Source of the DNA: Thermoplasmatota archaeon
GTDB taxonomy: Archaea > Thermoplasmatota > Poseidoniia > Poseidoniales > Poseidoniaceae
Direction: 5' to 3'
Length of the DNA stretch: 34,520 nucleotides
NCBI GenBank assembly: GCA_036162675.1
Contig: JAYYBT010000066.1
Location: 1-34,520, forward strand
The position numbers and the translations under genes are program-made. Each line of letters opens with the position of its first letter. Position 1 is the stretch's first letter. Shown in pieces: positions 17,001-25,470 of this stretch. The notes under the pieces were generated by a model, which had not been told where the DNA came from, made no database searches, and worked only from the letters and a program-made list of their open reading frames with translations.

Positions 17001-19468
17001 CAAATTGAGACCACACCGTCAGCATCCTCTGTTGAGGTGCAATTTGCAGCATCAAACACGACGATCTCGCCCGCATCGGAATTCACGCTGCACACATCGC
17101 CACGCTGCCAGGTGAATGAAGGGTTATCGCCGTGGGTGTGCTCAATGGCGATAACGGCCTTGGTCACATGGTCCACTTCATCGCCGGGTGCGACGCGGGT
17201 GATGAAGTTCCTGTACAACCCGTCAGGGGCGGCCAGACCGCCCTCAAACGATGCGCCAACGGCGCGTGTTTGCATAGCGTAGGTGATGTCAATATTGGAG
17301 AGTTTCACTCGGCCCGAACTCGCCGCTTTTACGGCAATGGGGATGTCAACTGAACCATCACCGTTTTCGGGGATGTGGTCGTTAAAGGCGTCCACCAATG
17401 TGGGCGCACGTTTCACCACGGCACCCACGGGTGAATCATCGGAGGCGACCACGGAGGACTCGTTAAGGAAGATATCCGATTCCCAATCATAGGTCCCGTC
17501 CCCGCCAATATCAAGCATGGGCCGGTCAGGATAACCTTCCTCGTATTCGAGAGTAAAACTGTCAATGGAAGGGGTCAGGCCGTCGTCGGTCGAGGTCATG
17601 AAGACGGCGTAGCGCAGGGTGCTCCCCGCTGCTTCGGTTGGGAAACTTCGTTCCTGATTGTTGGAAGCATCCAACCACGTGCTGCCGTTGTCGTTGGAGA
17701 CCACGACTTGCAGCGATGTTCCTGCGGGAACATCAGCCGTCCATTGTGGGCGAACTTTCCCGACCTTGGTCCCAGCGTTAAAGTGAGGCGAGGTCCAATC
17801 CCCAGATGTTTGGTAGGCGGTGGCGTATTCGATGTCAATCCACCACGAAACGGCCGATGAGCCGATGAGTTGGGCCTTCCAAACGAGTTCCTTGCCGGGG
17901 TAGTCAAAGTGGATGGTGGACTCAGATTCCACTTCTTCCCAGTGCGTTCCGTTGTCAGCCGAGATCCAGTAATCAACGCGGTCGCCGATGGAGGCTGCGG
18001 ACCAGTAGGTCTCAACATTGGCAGAGAGAATATCCTCTCCAGATTCAACGACCTCACCGTACCATGTGGTGGTTCCGGGAGCAGGCGTGGTCTCGTACAT
18101 CCAACCGGTCCCGAACTCGCGATAATACAGCGTAGCGCTTGACCATGTTGAGTAGCCACTGTCAACCGTCACGAAGCGCTCGCCGTCAAACTGGAGACCG
18201 TAGCCTAGGCGAGAAATCTGACGGGTTGTCGATTCGGGGATGAGGGAAGAGGAGGTGCCTGAGACGGACCAGGCCTCAAGTTGGTCTCGGTCGTTGTAGG
18301 GCGAGTCTTCCTGACAGCGCATGTAAAAGGTGGAGCCGTTGACTTCCAAACCACGTAGCATCTGCTTCTGGCTGCTGCTGTATGTTCCGCCACACTCCCA
18401 ACTGGAACCGGAAGCCGAGGTGTAGCTGTAGTACTCTTGACTGCGGGTGTAGGTCGAGGTTCCATCCCCAGCGAAATCATAGGAATAGAGCCGATTCATG
18501 GCGTTGTGAGCCACCCACACTTTTCCGGTGTCCCTGTCGTAGGCGATGCCCGTGTATTCACCGACAGAGGGTGAAATATCGTAGGAGTCAATGCACGTCC
18601 ATGTGTCATCACGAGAGATGTCCATCTCCATCACACGATGATAGTTGACCGGTGCGGTGGACCCGTAGGTGTAGCGATAACCAGAGAGAATTCCGAACAA
18701 GCGCTCGTCATCGGTGACGGTCCAGTCTCGGAAACCATAGTAGCCGTAATAGGAAGAGGAATGCTTCTGGGGCAAGGTGCACGACGCCTTGTCGAGGGTA
18801 ATGACCGATTCCCGTGAAGCGTTGTTTGGATACAAGCGTTCGACGATGTTGTGGAACGTGGAAGATGACCACGTGGAAAGGAACAACCAATCGTGGTGCT
18901 TGAGAATGGCCCCTTGGCTTTGAGCCATGAAACTCGACGACGTCTTCGTCAACTGCTGTGAGTAGAGCGACTCGGTGGCGTTGGACGTGTGGGGCTGCCG
19001 CAAAGCATAGGAGCCGTTGTCCAGCCAAGCATCTGAATTGGGGTCGACATAAGCGTCGTTTCCGTGGGGCAGGAAGTTGCGACTGATGTTGTCCAAGCCC
19101 AAGGTCAAGTCGCCTGAACGGTCATCGACAGCGCTCTCAGCACCGCGAATCCAATGCACCCGGTCATCGGCCACGATTTGCGACCACCCGGTGGCAGATG
19201 CACCCGAGAGGGTCATGCTCACGTCGGTCACGTAGGCACCACGGGGGAGGGAAACGGACGCACCCATGTCAGGATTGGCGCCTTGGTACAAGGCCACATG
19301 TTCGACCGAACCATCGCTGAATTCGTAGACGTGTCGCGTTCCTGCGGCCGCTTCGGCTTCATTTGAGAACAACTCTGCCATCGGGCTGAGAGGTGTCAAA
19401 AACATCAAGGAAACGAGGAGCAAAAAGACAGCCCTCGGGGGAATTCTATGCTGTCCGCCACCTTGCAT
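14015..19468 (-). CDS. giant (1817 aa) type I membrane-anchored surface protein with proline-rich cytoplasmic tail
   Basis: The track start 19486 is TTG; ATG is at 19468. Signal peptide MQGGGQHRIPPRAVFLLLVSLMFLTPLSPMA. Y/S/T-rich propeller-like N-region. Two Asp-box motifs (SADNGTHW, SNDNGSTW). Many beta-sandwich-like modules. C-terminal TM VFSVSLFIIALASVSFGLYAMVL, then an acidic segment, the proline-rich tract QPPAPTGPIPPPPGSVSPVPPAPTAASPVPPPPSGP, and LPDGWTQEQWNSYGWQYIDALSKK. Confidence 0.85.
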   Translation of the reverse strand: MQGGGQHRIPPRAVFLLLVSLMFLTPLSPMAELFSNEAEAAAGTRHVYEFSDGSVEHVALYQGANPDMGASVSLPRGAYVTDVSMTLSGASATGWSQIVADDRVHWIRGAESAVDDRSGDLTLGLDNISRNFLPHGNDAYVDPNSDAWLDNGSYALRQPHTSNATESLYSQQLTKTSSSFMAQSQGAILKHHDWLFLSTWSSSTFHNIVERLYPNNASRESVITLDKASCTLPQKHSSSYYGYYGFRDWTVTDDERLFGILSGYRYTYGSTAPVNYHRVMEMDISRDDTWTCIDSYDISPSVGEYTGIAYDRDTGKVWVAHNAMNRLYSYDFAGDGTSTYTRSQEYYSYTSASGSSWECGGTYSSSQKQMLRGLEVNGSTFYMRCQEDSPYNDRDQLEAWSVSGTSSSLIPESTTRQISRLGYGLQFDGERFVTVDSGYSTWSSATLYYREFGTGWMYETTPAPGTTTWYGEVVESGEDILSANVETYWSAASIGDRVDYWISADNGTHWEEVESESTIHFDYPGKELVWKAQLIGSSAVSWWIDIEYATAYQTSGDWTSPHFNAGTKVGKVRPQWTADVPAGTSLQVVVSNDNGSTWLDASNNQERSFPTEAAGSTLRYAVFMTSTDDGLTPSIDSFTLEYEEGYPDRPMLDIGGDGTYDWESDIFLNESSVVASDDSPVGAVVKRAPTLVDAFNDHIPENGDGSVDIPIAVKAASSGRVKLSNIDITYAMQTRAVGASFEGGLAAPDGLYRNFITRVAPGDEVDHVTKAVIAIEHTHGDNPSFTWQRGDVCSVNSDAGEIVVFDAANCTSTEDADGVVSIWMPTKVNWSWNDEGSAEAIITVEDDFGVAVNQWTTAEMELVVENDIQLDGLRVWEETGRQLFPMDWVRGGFNLSFSGSIHFQDSQLMPPAGSFSLRIIGQNVTYDGDPLGEPVVLYEEVNPAFGAYNMTFTSPIESQPGGMIFYVQAVNLENGSTFTNPNYNSIRLILDGNSPLVLSATPMDGEERHAGASGVGQSVSVVVQDSVDPPRQLNLHYWVGCKASEAIGCTDYNFDGLPNEDEYELVVLGSPETRAGGLNIFEGLIDDSMLLHKQRVSFYVSGEDEQDNEIAMGRGPVCPVSSITCGDRPGEVLPDWDADLVTYHIRQEFEPEVDLTNSSILGHDDYDPLHPGVPYTARIKLSDTNGWQDIQYVQVALAGDFDDDESSLFISLAEGDDGQPMAVMTSGSDNIAVSNLYSTVSLEEGNESVVIIEARFQLTWMFPEAYDTDGEAHFLPRIKVTDMPCNDNEVVPCFEVEEGLGDNWWSLDNDFRFDTQPGKIRAIELRNSENHYNSENYETIIGAGQALRVSGRVLFAEDETPAPPGSFDVVFGDYENNWRTSTREDGEFSLDLLVPSVRSGRLDLRLSMDDMPGFALDETAFSPRVRLAVDSARPTIDSISLNGVPQGSPLSIGDASNLEVILITNDENGFDTGEAAVLHYRVKAGEAEISRGSVLLPDITPFGQQYFWSGSLDLTDSGATTLLPSYAVDVWVSGSDEAGNPYDTDSNSMSEPFASWPLALVGPRVDLQDPSTSMQWDVPSPYVGDTSKMVVNTNNLGGNGDVTFALQELVDGGFWSTVTSVELQATAGNPLTASLPVTADGPVGSSIEYRVLVLVDGVEMDRHTVDSLLIKEETVRDGEALTQQLSTDVFSVSLFIIALASVSFGLYAMVLRRRMLAPESEEELADQTDVVAEEMKSGKAVPELAQPPAPTGPIPPPPGSVSPVPPAPTAASPVPPPPSGPDRTKPAPVPPTGLPDGWTQEQWNSYGWQYIDALSKK

Positions 19469-19531
19469 GGTTGCCACACGCTCCAAACACCATTTGAACC
19501 ATGCGGTTTGGGGTCGGCAGACGATACGCCG

Positions 19532-22500
19532 TCAACTGGTTTGTCTGGAGTCGTAGCGAATGGGTGAAGAATCGCCGCGCACACCGTCTTCTTCATCATC
19601 ACGGACCTCGAACCAATCGTTCATCCAATCACCGTCGGTATCCCAGTTAATCGGGCTACTCCCTTCGGCCAAATGGTCATCATCAAAGTCGAGCAGGTAC
19701 CAACCGTATTCGTGTTCGCCAACGCTTCTGACCGGCGCCGTTTGGGGTGAACTCGCGTAATAGATATCCCATGCATCGGTCCTGTTACCTGCCATCAGGA
19801 TCACGTCATCGGACGGGTCAACGATGAGGAAATTGGTGTCCTTATCGTCAACGATGTAGCCGTATTGGTTGTCAGGTCCACCAAATTTATCCAGTTTGAG
19901 GTAGTTCAAGACAAGCTCGTCGCTCTGGCCCAAACCGAGCAAGGCTGCTCTGAACTGCCAACCTTCGGTGACGGGTGCACCGTCGTAGGTCAGGGCACTC
20001 AAGCGAACAGCGTTTGGAGAGGAATACTCGCTGGCCGTAATGGCGTAGAATTCTTGGAAATTTGTGTAGGGCTCATAGCTGCAGCCCACACCGGTGCAGT
20101 CCCAATTACCGTCCTGGTCAGGGTCGAGGTTGGCATCGTTGGGATCGGCCGGGTCCAAGGTAAACCACGTGAACTCGGTGTCCGGACGAGCCAAGGTTCC
20201 GCCCGAGCCGTCCTGCGATAACGGCAGGCATGAGTTGGTGGCCGTTGTGCAGGCCCCGCCTGTGGCGACATCGATCCACACCACACGAACATCGAGGTAG
20301 GAACTGAAGTTGTCGTTGCTTTCGTTCCAGGCCATCTTGTACTCGTACCAGTCGGGCAACATGTCGCCGTCGGTATCGTTATCGCTCGGGTTTGAACCGT
20401 ATTTGAACACCTCACGACCGTCTGAGTAATTGTAGTCTCGAACGTGCGAGACCACCGCTCCGTTGACCACGGTGGTGATGAAGGTTCGACTGTCCTCGTC
20501 GCTATCGTTGAGGTCCGGGCGAGTTTGGTTGTCGTACTCCATGAAGTTCGTGAACGGAAGGTTGCCCACCCCGTTCTGAACAACGACGCCAGAGGGCGTG
20601 AACACACGGTCCTGCCATGTCCCTTGGGTTGCGGGGATGTCAAAGCTCGTACGGTCGTACCAACCATCGTGGTCGCCGTCGTAATCCACGTCCCACGGGT
20701 TGAGCGGGTTGGCCGCCCAGTGATTCTGGGTCGTGACATCGTCCATTCCGTAGGTAGCGTAGCAGTATTCCCAACCGTCGGGAATGCCGTCGCTGTCCGA
20801 ATCATGGTGCGTCGGGTCGGCGACGCCACGGAGGCTTCGGTTGAAATTCTCGCTGTCAAGAGAATTGATTTGCGCCATCCGATCAACCGACTCGGGTCCT
20901 TTCTTGACAAAGTCCAGATACAAGGCTTGCTGAGCCTGCACCGGCGTGAAGCCAAGTTCTTCTTGATAGGCTGCCATCGCATCTTCGCCGAAATCGATGA
21001 TGCCTAAATTCGCAGGGACGGTGTTGCGCGTCAGGTACTTCCCCCACGTCCTGGATTCCCATTCACGAAGGTTGCTGAAGGTCTCATTTGCATCAATTTG
21101 GCCATCACCATTGCAATCAAAACTGTCGTCGTCCGAGTCGAGGTTCACATCACCGTCAATAAGTGGGTTGATCGCCCAACGGTTTTGGTCAAGGTCCCAC
21201 GACGTGAACCAATACTCGAAACCGTCGAACATACCGTCACCGTCGGTGTCGGCGATGGTCGGGTCGGTCATGCCCAGCACCACTTCGATGAAGGCATTGG
21301 GTGGTTCACCTTGTTGCCATGCATTGAAATCGTTGAGCAAACGCTTCCCGCGCGTGTCTTTGGAGATGAGGATGTTAAACACGCGCTGAGCTTTCTCGGT
21401 TGGTTGTTGGAAGTCACCGTCAATGTGCATCAGTGGCGCATCGCTGGGATGGTCGATGCCGTTGTCGGGTTGTGAGGAAGCGAGGGCAAACTCTTGACGG
21501 TCGATGAGACCGTCTTCATCCCCGTCAAAATCACCATCGCCCGCCACCAACGGGTTGAGCGTCCACATGCCGGCCGAGTCGTTCCATGAAGTAAACAGCA
21601 GTTCAACACCGTCCAACATCCCATCACCGTCGGTATCGACGTTGTTCGGGTCGGACGTGAAGCCGGTCAAGTTGGTTTGATTTTCCGTGAGGAAATCGCC
21701 GAAGGAAAGGGTGGCGGTGATGCCCGGCCAATTTTGGAGCGCAAAGGCGGTGCCAATGGTCGTCACAAACCACTGCGGCGATGAGCGATTGGCGTCTGTT
21801 TCAGACAGCGACGGAGAGATGACGTTGTATTCCTCCCAATTGGTCATACCGTCATCGTCGGCGTCTTGCCAACGGTCGGTGGAATCCAGTGGATTGAGCG
21901 TCCATGCGTCGTCAAGGAGATTCCATCGTGCAAACCAAATTTCCCACCCGTCAGGCATCCCATCATCGTCGGTATCGGCGCTGAGTGGGTCTGCGGCACC
22001 AACGCTGTAAGCGGAGAGCCCCGCCGTGACGGAACCCGAGGCGCGGTTGGCAAAGGTGTCGTCAGGAAGACCCAGGTCGCTGATATGGTCAAAGAGACGC
22101 GTGGTGAAGCCCTCGGGAAGTGCATCACCGTCAAGCGTCTGATTGCCGTTGAACAAATCCGAGCGAATGTGGTATTCCAAGTAATTCACGAAGGCTTCGT
22201 CCTCTGAGAGCACGCCGTCTCGGTTGACGTCGTATCCATCGCCGTCGGGGTTTTGGAACGCATCGGAGCCGTTGAGTGGATTCACACCGACTCGAGAGGG
22301 GTCCCAAGAGCACAAGCCCTTGGATTCCCATCCGTCGGGCAAGGTATCGCCGTCAGAATCAACAAGATTCGGGTCGGCCACCGCCCATGCCTCTGCAGCC
22401 TCGGGTGTTTCGCCGTACTCATCGAACAGGTCACCGTTGATGCCCATCAACCGAACGACTGACCATTGATATTCGCACAGGTTTGGTAGACCATCACCGT

Positions 22501-25282
22501 CAGCGTCCCAGTTGGCGTCCTCGGAACGCAACGGGTCAAGGCTCCAGTTGTTACCGCCAGAGAAGCTATCTCCTACCCAGCGGCGATGTTGAATTTCCCA
22601 GCCATCGGGCATGCCGTCGCCGTCGGAGTCGTGATTGGTCGGGTCGGTGGCTGCGTCTACGTTGGCCATTGAAAGGTAGGTGGCGTTGGCGGCCGCACCC
22701 TTGGCCTCATCGCAGACATAGACCAGTTGAACGGTGTAGTGACACCAAAGGTTGCTCTGTTCATAGAAGAAGCCGTAATATTCCGCTCCATCCCCAACGC
22801 CATCGCCATCGGTATCACCTTCGCGTGGGTCGGTGGAATTGTAACCTTCTGGTGTGAGTTTGGTGTAGCGGAATTCGTCGAGGTTTGTCCACAATCGCTC
22901 CAGACTCATATCACCCGATTGGTCGAGGTCAAGACCGTCTGCATCGTTGTCGTAGAGGGCGTCCCAAGGGTCGGTGGGGTCGAGACCGTGAACCACTTCC
23001 CAACCATCAGGCATGCCGTCGGAGTCGGAATCGTTGGCCCCGGGGTCCATGAGCAGGAGGTTAGCATAGCGACCCGGAGATGCAGCACCGTAGATGGTGA
23101 CATTGCCCTCACCAACCGAGGTGGCGATGGCGACGATTTCACCGGGAAGCCTTGTTTGGTCCTGAAGACCGTAAACCGCAGTGTAATCACCTGCCAAGGC
23201 CCAAAGGCCCCACTGTGAACCAATCAACAACTCATCACCTGTGGGGTGAATGGCGTGGATGTTGTTGGATTCGCTTGAAAGTTTTCCATCAACGCCCGGA
23301 TGCGTCATCAGCCCGCTGTGTTCGATGAAATCATCGTTCAAATCCAGTTTGTGAAGACCTGATGGCGTTCCAAACCAAAGGGCTTGGGCGTTGGATGGGG
23401 CTGGGCCGTCGAGCACGAGGTCCCGAACTTCTGCTGGGTTGTCACTTGACCCGAGTGGCAAACTGCGAAGTTCGTCAACGTTGGTCGGAATCGGGTTGGA
23501 TTCTGGCGTGTAAAAGAAACGCCATGAACCGGTTGCTTCGTCCCGAGCGGAAGGGGTATCGACGATGAACAAACCTCGGTCGGTGCCCACGAAGAGATGG
23601 AACGTTGTGCCACCTGCCAGCCCGTGCGTGACTGCGCTGACGCTCGCATTGGCTTCGGCCAGACCGGCTTGCAATCCGGCACCGAGCGCATGGGTGGAGG
23701 CAATGGAAGCAACGCTGTCGATTTCCACAATGGCGCCATCGCCGGCGTGGCCCAATCCGATGGCGTGAAGGTTCACATCTTCACCGGCGAGCGGTGCGAC
23801 AGCGTGAAGTGGACCAGAAAGGCTCCAATCCCAGGCCGTGATGGAATCCAGACTGCCATCAGCCAAAAGCGGTGCAACGGCGAAGCCGATGCTCGTTCCC
23901 ATCACGAGCGCATAGGGTGCACCGTTGGAGGAGGCGAGGAAGCCGTCGTGGAGGAGGACGCCTTGTGGAAGCCAGTGATGGCTTTGCGTATTGGTTTCAT
24001 GATCAACAACACTGACCCCGTATTTCGTCAAGGCGTAAACAGACCCGTCGTGTTCCTCAAGGGCCCGAACATCATGGTGCATGATGGCAAGAACATCTTC
24101 AGGGACATCATAGACAAGCGGCAGGGTCTCAAACCCAGTTTCGTCGCCCACAAGGGTGGTTTTCAAACCAGGATAAACGGTGTTACCGTCGTCGTAGTGA
24201 ACCAAATATTCCTCAAGGGTTGACAAGGCTTCACCGAGGTCAAGCGCCGTCTGTGTACGGGCCAAGTCTTGGCTGATACCACCGTCACGGTTGGTGTCCC
24301 AACCGTCCAAATCCGGGTCTTCCAAAGCATTGGAGCGGTTCAAGGGGTCAAGTCCGAAGTGCACTTCCCACCCATCGGGGATGCCGTCGCCAAAGGAGGG
24401 GTAAAGCGGGCGGATGGAGAAGCCGTCCCACAGGTAGCGGTCAGAATCATCCAACACCGGGTCGGTGCCCAGCCAGAGGTCCTCGCCCACTGGGTTTTCA
24501 GCGCGAGAGGTGCAGGCCTTCAACAGGTTGTGGAAGGTGGCGTTCGCGCCCGATGGCAGGTAAGGCCAATTCTTCAACGCAGCACCTTCTGGCAACGTAG
24601 CGTGACACCAAAGCCCATCGAGTTCAGCGGTGAAATTTGATGGCGTTCCGTGAGCGTATTCTTCGGGAGCCGTGTAGCGCTCAGCATCGCTCAGAATGCC
24701 GTCCCTGTCAACATCAAAACCGTCGTTGTCGCCGTCCAGCGTCAAATCGCTGCCGTTCAGCGGGTCAAAGGAAGGGCAGAGGTAACGCAGCGACACGGGG
24801 TCAAATCCACCCATGCGGTGGCACATGTAGGCTTCGTACCCGTCGGGCATGCCATCCCCGTCTGAATCGGACACCCGCGGGTCAAGATAAACACGGTCGC
24901 TGTTTTCATCCAGTTGACCGGTGAGGCCGCGTGGGAAACCAGGTGCGGTGCAATTGGCAGGATATGGCCAACAGAATTCTTCTGTGGCGTTGAGGCCGTC
25001 TCTGTCTCGGTCTGTGGAAGCGTCAGAAGCGTTGTTTTTGTCAAGGCCGGGAATGATGACATCGCGTCCGTCAACAGCGGTCCAGTTCATCCATTCCTCA
25101 AACAGCGTTTCGTGAACGTCGGGGATCAAATCACCGTCGGTATCGGTGTTTGGAGGTGGCGTCCCATCGGTGTCATCGGGATGGACGTTGGAGACATTGG
25201 AGATAGCCGGGAATTGCGACATGAACAGAAGGCTTGCAATCACGGCAAGCGTGGTCAAGATGGTTGTCTGACTTCGTCGCAT
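19532..25282 (-). CDS. giant (1916 aa) secreted Ca-binding repeat protein (thrombospondin type 3-like repeats, EF-hand-like loops, central propeller-like region)
   Basis: The track start 25369 is TTG. ATG at 25282 is preceded by GAGGGTGA (25287..25294) at 4-nt spacing. Signal peptide MRRSQTTILTTLAVIASLLFMSQFPAIS. About two dozen DxDxDGxxDxxE motifs (DSDGDGMPDGWE and variants). Central aa ~400-775 carries Reg_prop-like LWFGTPSGLHKLD, HLFVGTDRGLFIVD and LLIGSQWGLWALA. No C-terminal TM. Confidence 0.9.
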   Translation of the reverse strand: MRRSQTTILTTLAVIASLLFMSQFPAISNVSNVHPDDTDGTPPPNTDTDGDLIPDVHETLFEEWMNWTAVDGRDVIIPGLDKNNASDASTDRDRDGLNATEEFCWPYPANCTAPGFPRGLTGQLDENSDRVYLDPRVSDSDGDGMPDGYEAYMCHRMGGFDPVSLRYLCPSFDPLNGSDLTLDGDNDGFDVDRDGILSDAERYTAPEEYAHGTPSNFTAELDGLWCHATLPEGAALKNWPYLPSGANATFHNLLKACTSRAENPVGEDLWLGTDPVLDDSDRYLWDGFSIRPLYPSFGDGIPDGWEVHFGLDPLNRSNALEDPDLDGWDTNRDGGISQDLARTQTALDLGEALSTLEEYLVHYDDGNTVYPGLKTTLVGDETGFETLPLVYDVPEDVLAIMHHDVRALEEHDGSVYALTKYGVSVVDHETNTQSHHWLPQGVLLHDGFLASSNGAPYALVMGTSIGFAVAPLLADGSLDSITAWDWSLSGPLHAVAPLAGEDVNLHAIGLGHAGDGAIVEIDSVASIASTHALGAGLQAGLAEANASVSAVTHGLAGGTTFHLFVGTDRGLFIVDTPSARDEATGSWRFFYTPESNPIPTNVDELRSLPLGSSDNPAEVRDLVLDGPAPSNAQALWFGTPSGLHKLDLNDDFIEHSGLMTHPGVDGKLSSESNNIHAIHPTGDELLIGSQWGLWALAGDYTAVYGLQDQTRLPGEIVAIATSVGEGNVTIYGAASPGRYANLLLMDPGANDSDSDGMPDGWEVVHGLDPTDPWDALYDNDADGLDLDQSGDMSLERLWTNLDEFRYTKLTPEGYNSTDPREGDTDGDGVGDGAEYYGFFYEQSNLWCHYTVQLVYVCDEAKGAAANATYLSMANVDAATDPTNHDSDGDGMPDGWEIQHRRWVGDSFSGGNNWSLDPLRSEDANWDADGDGLPNLCEYQWSVVRLMGINGDLFDEYGETPEAAEAWAVADPNLVDSDGDTLPDGWESKGLCSWDPSRVGVNPLNGSDAFQNPDGDGYDVNRDGVLSEDEAFVNYLEYHIRSDLFNGNQTLDGDALPEGFTTRLFDHISDLGLPDDTFANRASGSVTAGLSAYSVGAADPLSADTDDDGMPDGWEIWFARWNLLDDAWTLNPLDSTDRWQDADDDGMTNWEEYNVISPSLSETDANRSSPQWFVTTIGTAFALQNWPGITATLSFGDFLTENQTNLTGFTSDPNNVDTDGDGMLDGVELLFTSWNDSAGMWTLNPLVAGDGDFDGDEDGLIDRQEFALASSQPDNGIDHPSDAPLMHIDGDFQQPTEKAQRVFNILISKDTRGKRLLNDFNAWQQGEPPNAFIEVVLGMTDPTIADTDGDGMFDGFEYWFTSWDLDQNRWAINPLIDGDVNLDSDDDSFDCNGDGQIDANETFSNLREWESRTWGKYLTRNTVPANLGIIDFGEDAMAAYQEELGFTPVQAQQALYLDFVKKGPESVDRMAQINSLDSENFNRSLRGVADPTHHDSDSDGIPDGWEYCYATYGMDDVTTQNHWAANPLNPWDVDYDGDHDGWYDRTSFDIPATQGTWQDRVFTPSGVVVQNGVGNLPFTNFMEYDNQTRPDLNDSDEDSRTFITTVVNGAVVSHVRDYNYSDGREVFKYGSNPSDNDTDGDMLPDWYEYKMAWNESNDNFSSYLDVRVVWIDVATGGACTTATNSCLPLSQDGSGGTLARPDTEFTWFTLDPADPNDANLDPDQDGNWDCTGVGCSYEPYTNFQEFYAITASEYSSPNAVRLSALTYDGAPVTEGWQFRAALLGLGQSDELVLNYLKLDKFGGPDNQYGYIVDDKDTNFLIVDPSDDVILMAGNRTDAWDIYYASSPQTAPVRSVGEHEYGWYLLDFDDDHLAEGSSPINWDTDGDWMNDWFEVRDDEEDGVRGDSSPIRYDSRQTS
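19600..25160 (-). repeat. dispersed intragenic repeats encoding the DxDxDG-MPDGWE Ca-binding unit
   Basis: Example DNA copies, written as plus-strand text: 22595..22633 is ttcccagccatcgggcatgccgtcgccgtcggagtcgtg, and 22997..23035 is ttcccaaccatcaggcatgccgtcggagtcggaatcgtt. Similar units recur through both arms of the gene flanking the repeat-poor 23045..24172 core. Confidence 0.7.
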
Positions 25283-25286
25283 GAAC

Positions 25287-25294
25287 TCACCCTC
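25287..25294 (-). promoter_or_regulatory. Shine-Dalgarno-like GAGGGTGA for ATG 25282
   Basis: The minus strand reads GCCGAGGGTGAGTTC-ATG. This is 7 of 8 matches to GGAGGTGA, with 4-nt spacing. Confidence 0.45.
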
Positions 25295-25470
25295 GGCAAA
25301 GCCTCCGCCTCGCTCTCTTTTCACCTTGCTAAGATTGCTTATGAGGGTGATGGAACAATGTTCATACAAATCGTCGTTCCAATCGGTGGTTTCGTTCGGA
25401 AAACCATCACTTTCAGGCCGCCCTTATCGGTGCATTCAAGTCCTTTCCGCGCTGGAGTGCCGATGTTCAC

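Noticed and set aside
19999-20982. 327-aa ORF in an alternative minus-strand frame inside the giant Ca-repeat gene
   Set aside because: It is completely nested in a 1916-codon ORF that has clear signal-peptide and repeat motifs. Its own translation is low-complexity T/R/W/P-rich, as expected from frame-shifted GAC/GGC-rich repeats.
23597-24223. 208-aa antisense ORF opposite the propeller-like core of the giant gene (also 24914..25474, 20444..21007, 22727..23218)
   Set aside because: All are antisense to one continuous 5.7-kb ORF. They are G/V/R-rich mirror translations with no starts supported by an SD.
25283-25369. Upstream N-terminal extensions given by the ORF track (TTG at 25369, 19486, 10784 and 2888; GTG at 9625; 20 additional codons upstream of dnaJ to 8684)
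   Set aside because: The longest-ORF rule picked rare starts. Downstream ATGs give canonical N-termini (signal peptides, the J-domain MTDKRDYYEVLGV), and two of them have SD-like elements at correct spacing. The 2888 case remains ambiguous.
25283-25470. 188-nt divergent spacer between the giant gene and the MBL operon, examined for BRE/TATA boxes and repeated operator-like motifs
   Set aside because: It is the longest non-coding stretch and surely holds promoters. I could find only weak AT-rich candidates (for example ATTTGTATGAA on the minus strand) and no convincing repeat or palindrome, so no specific site is called.
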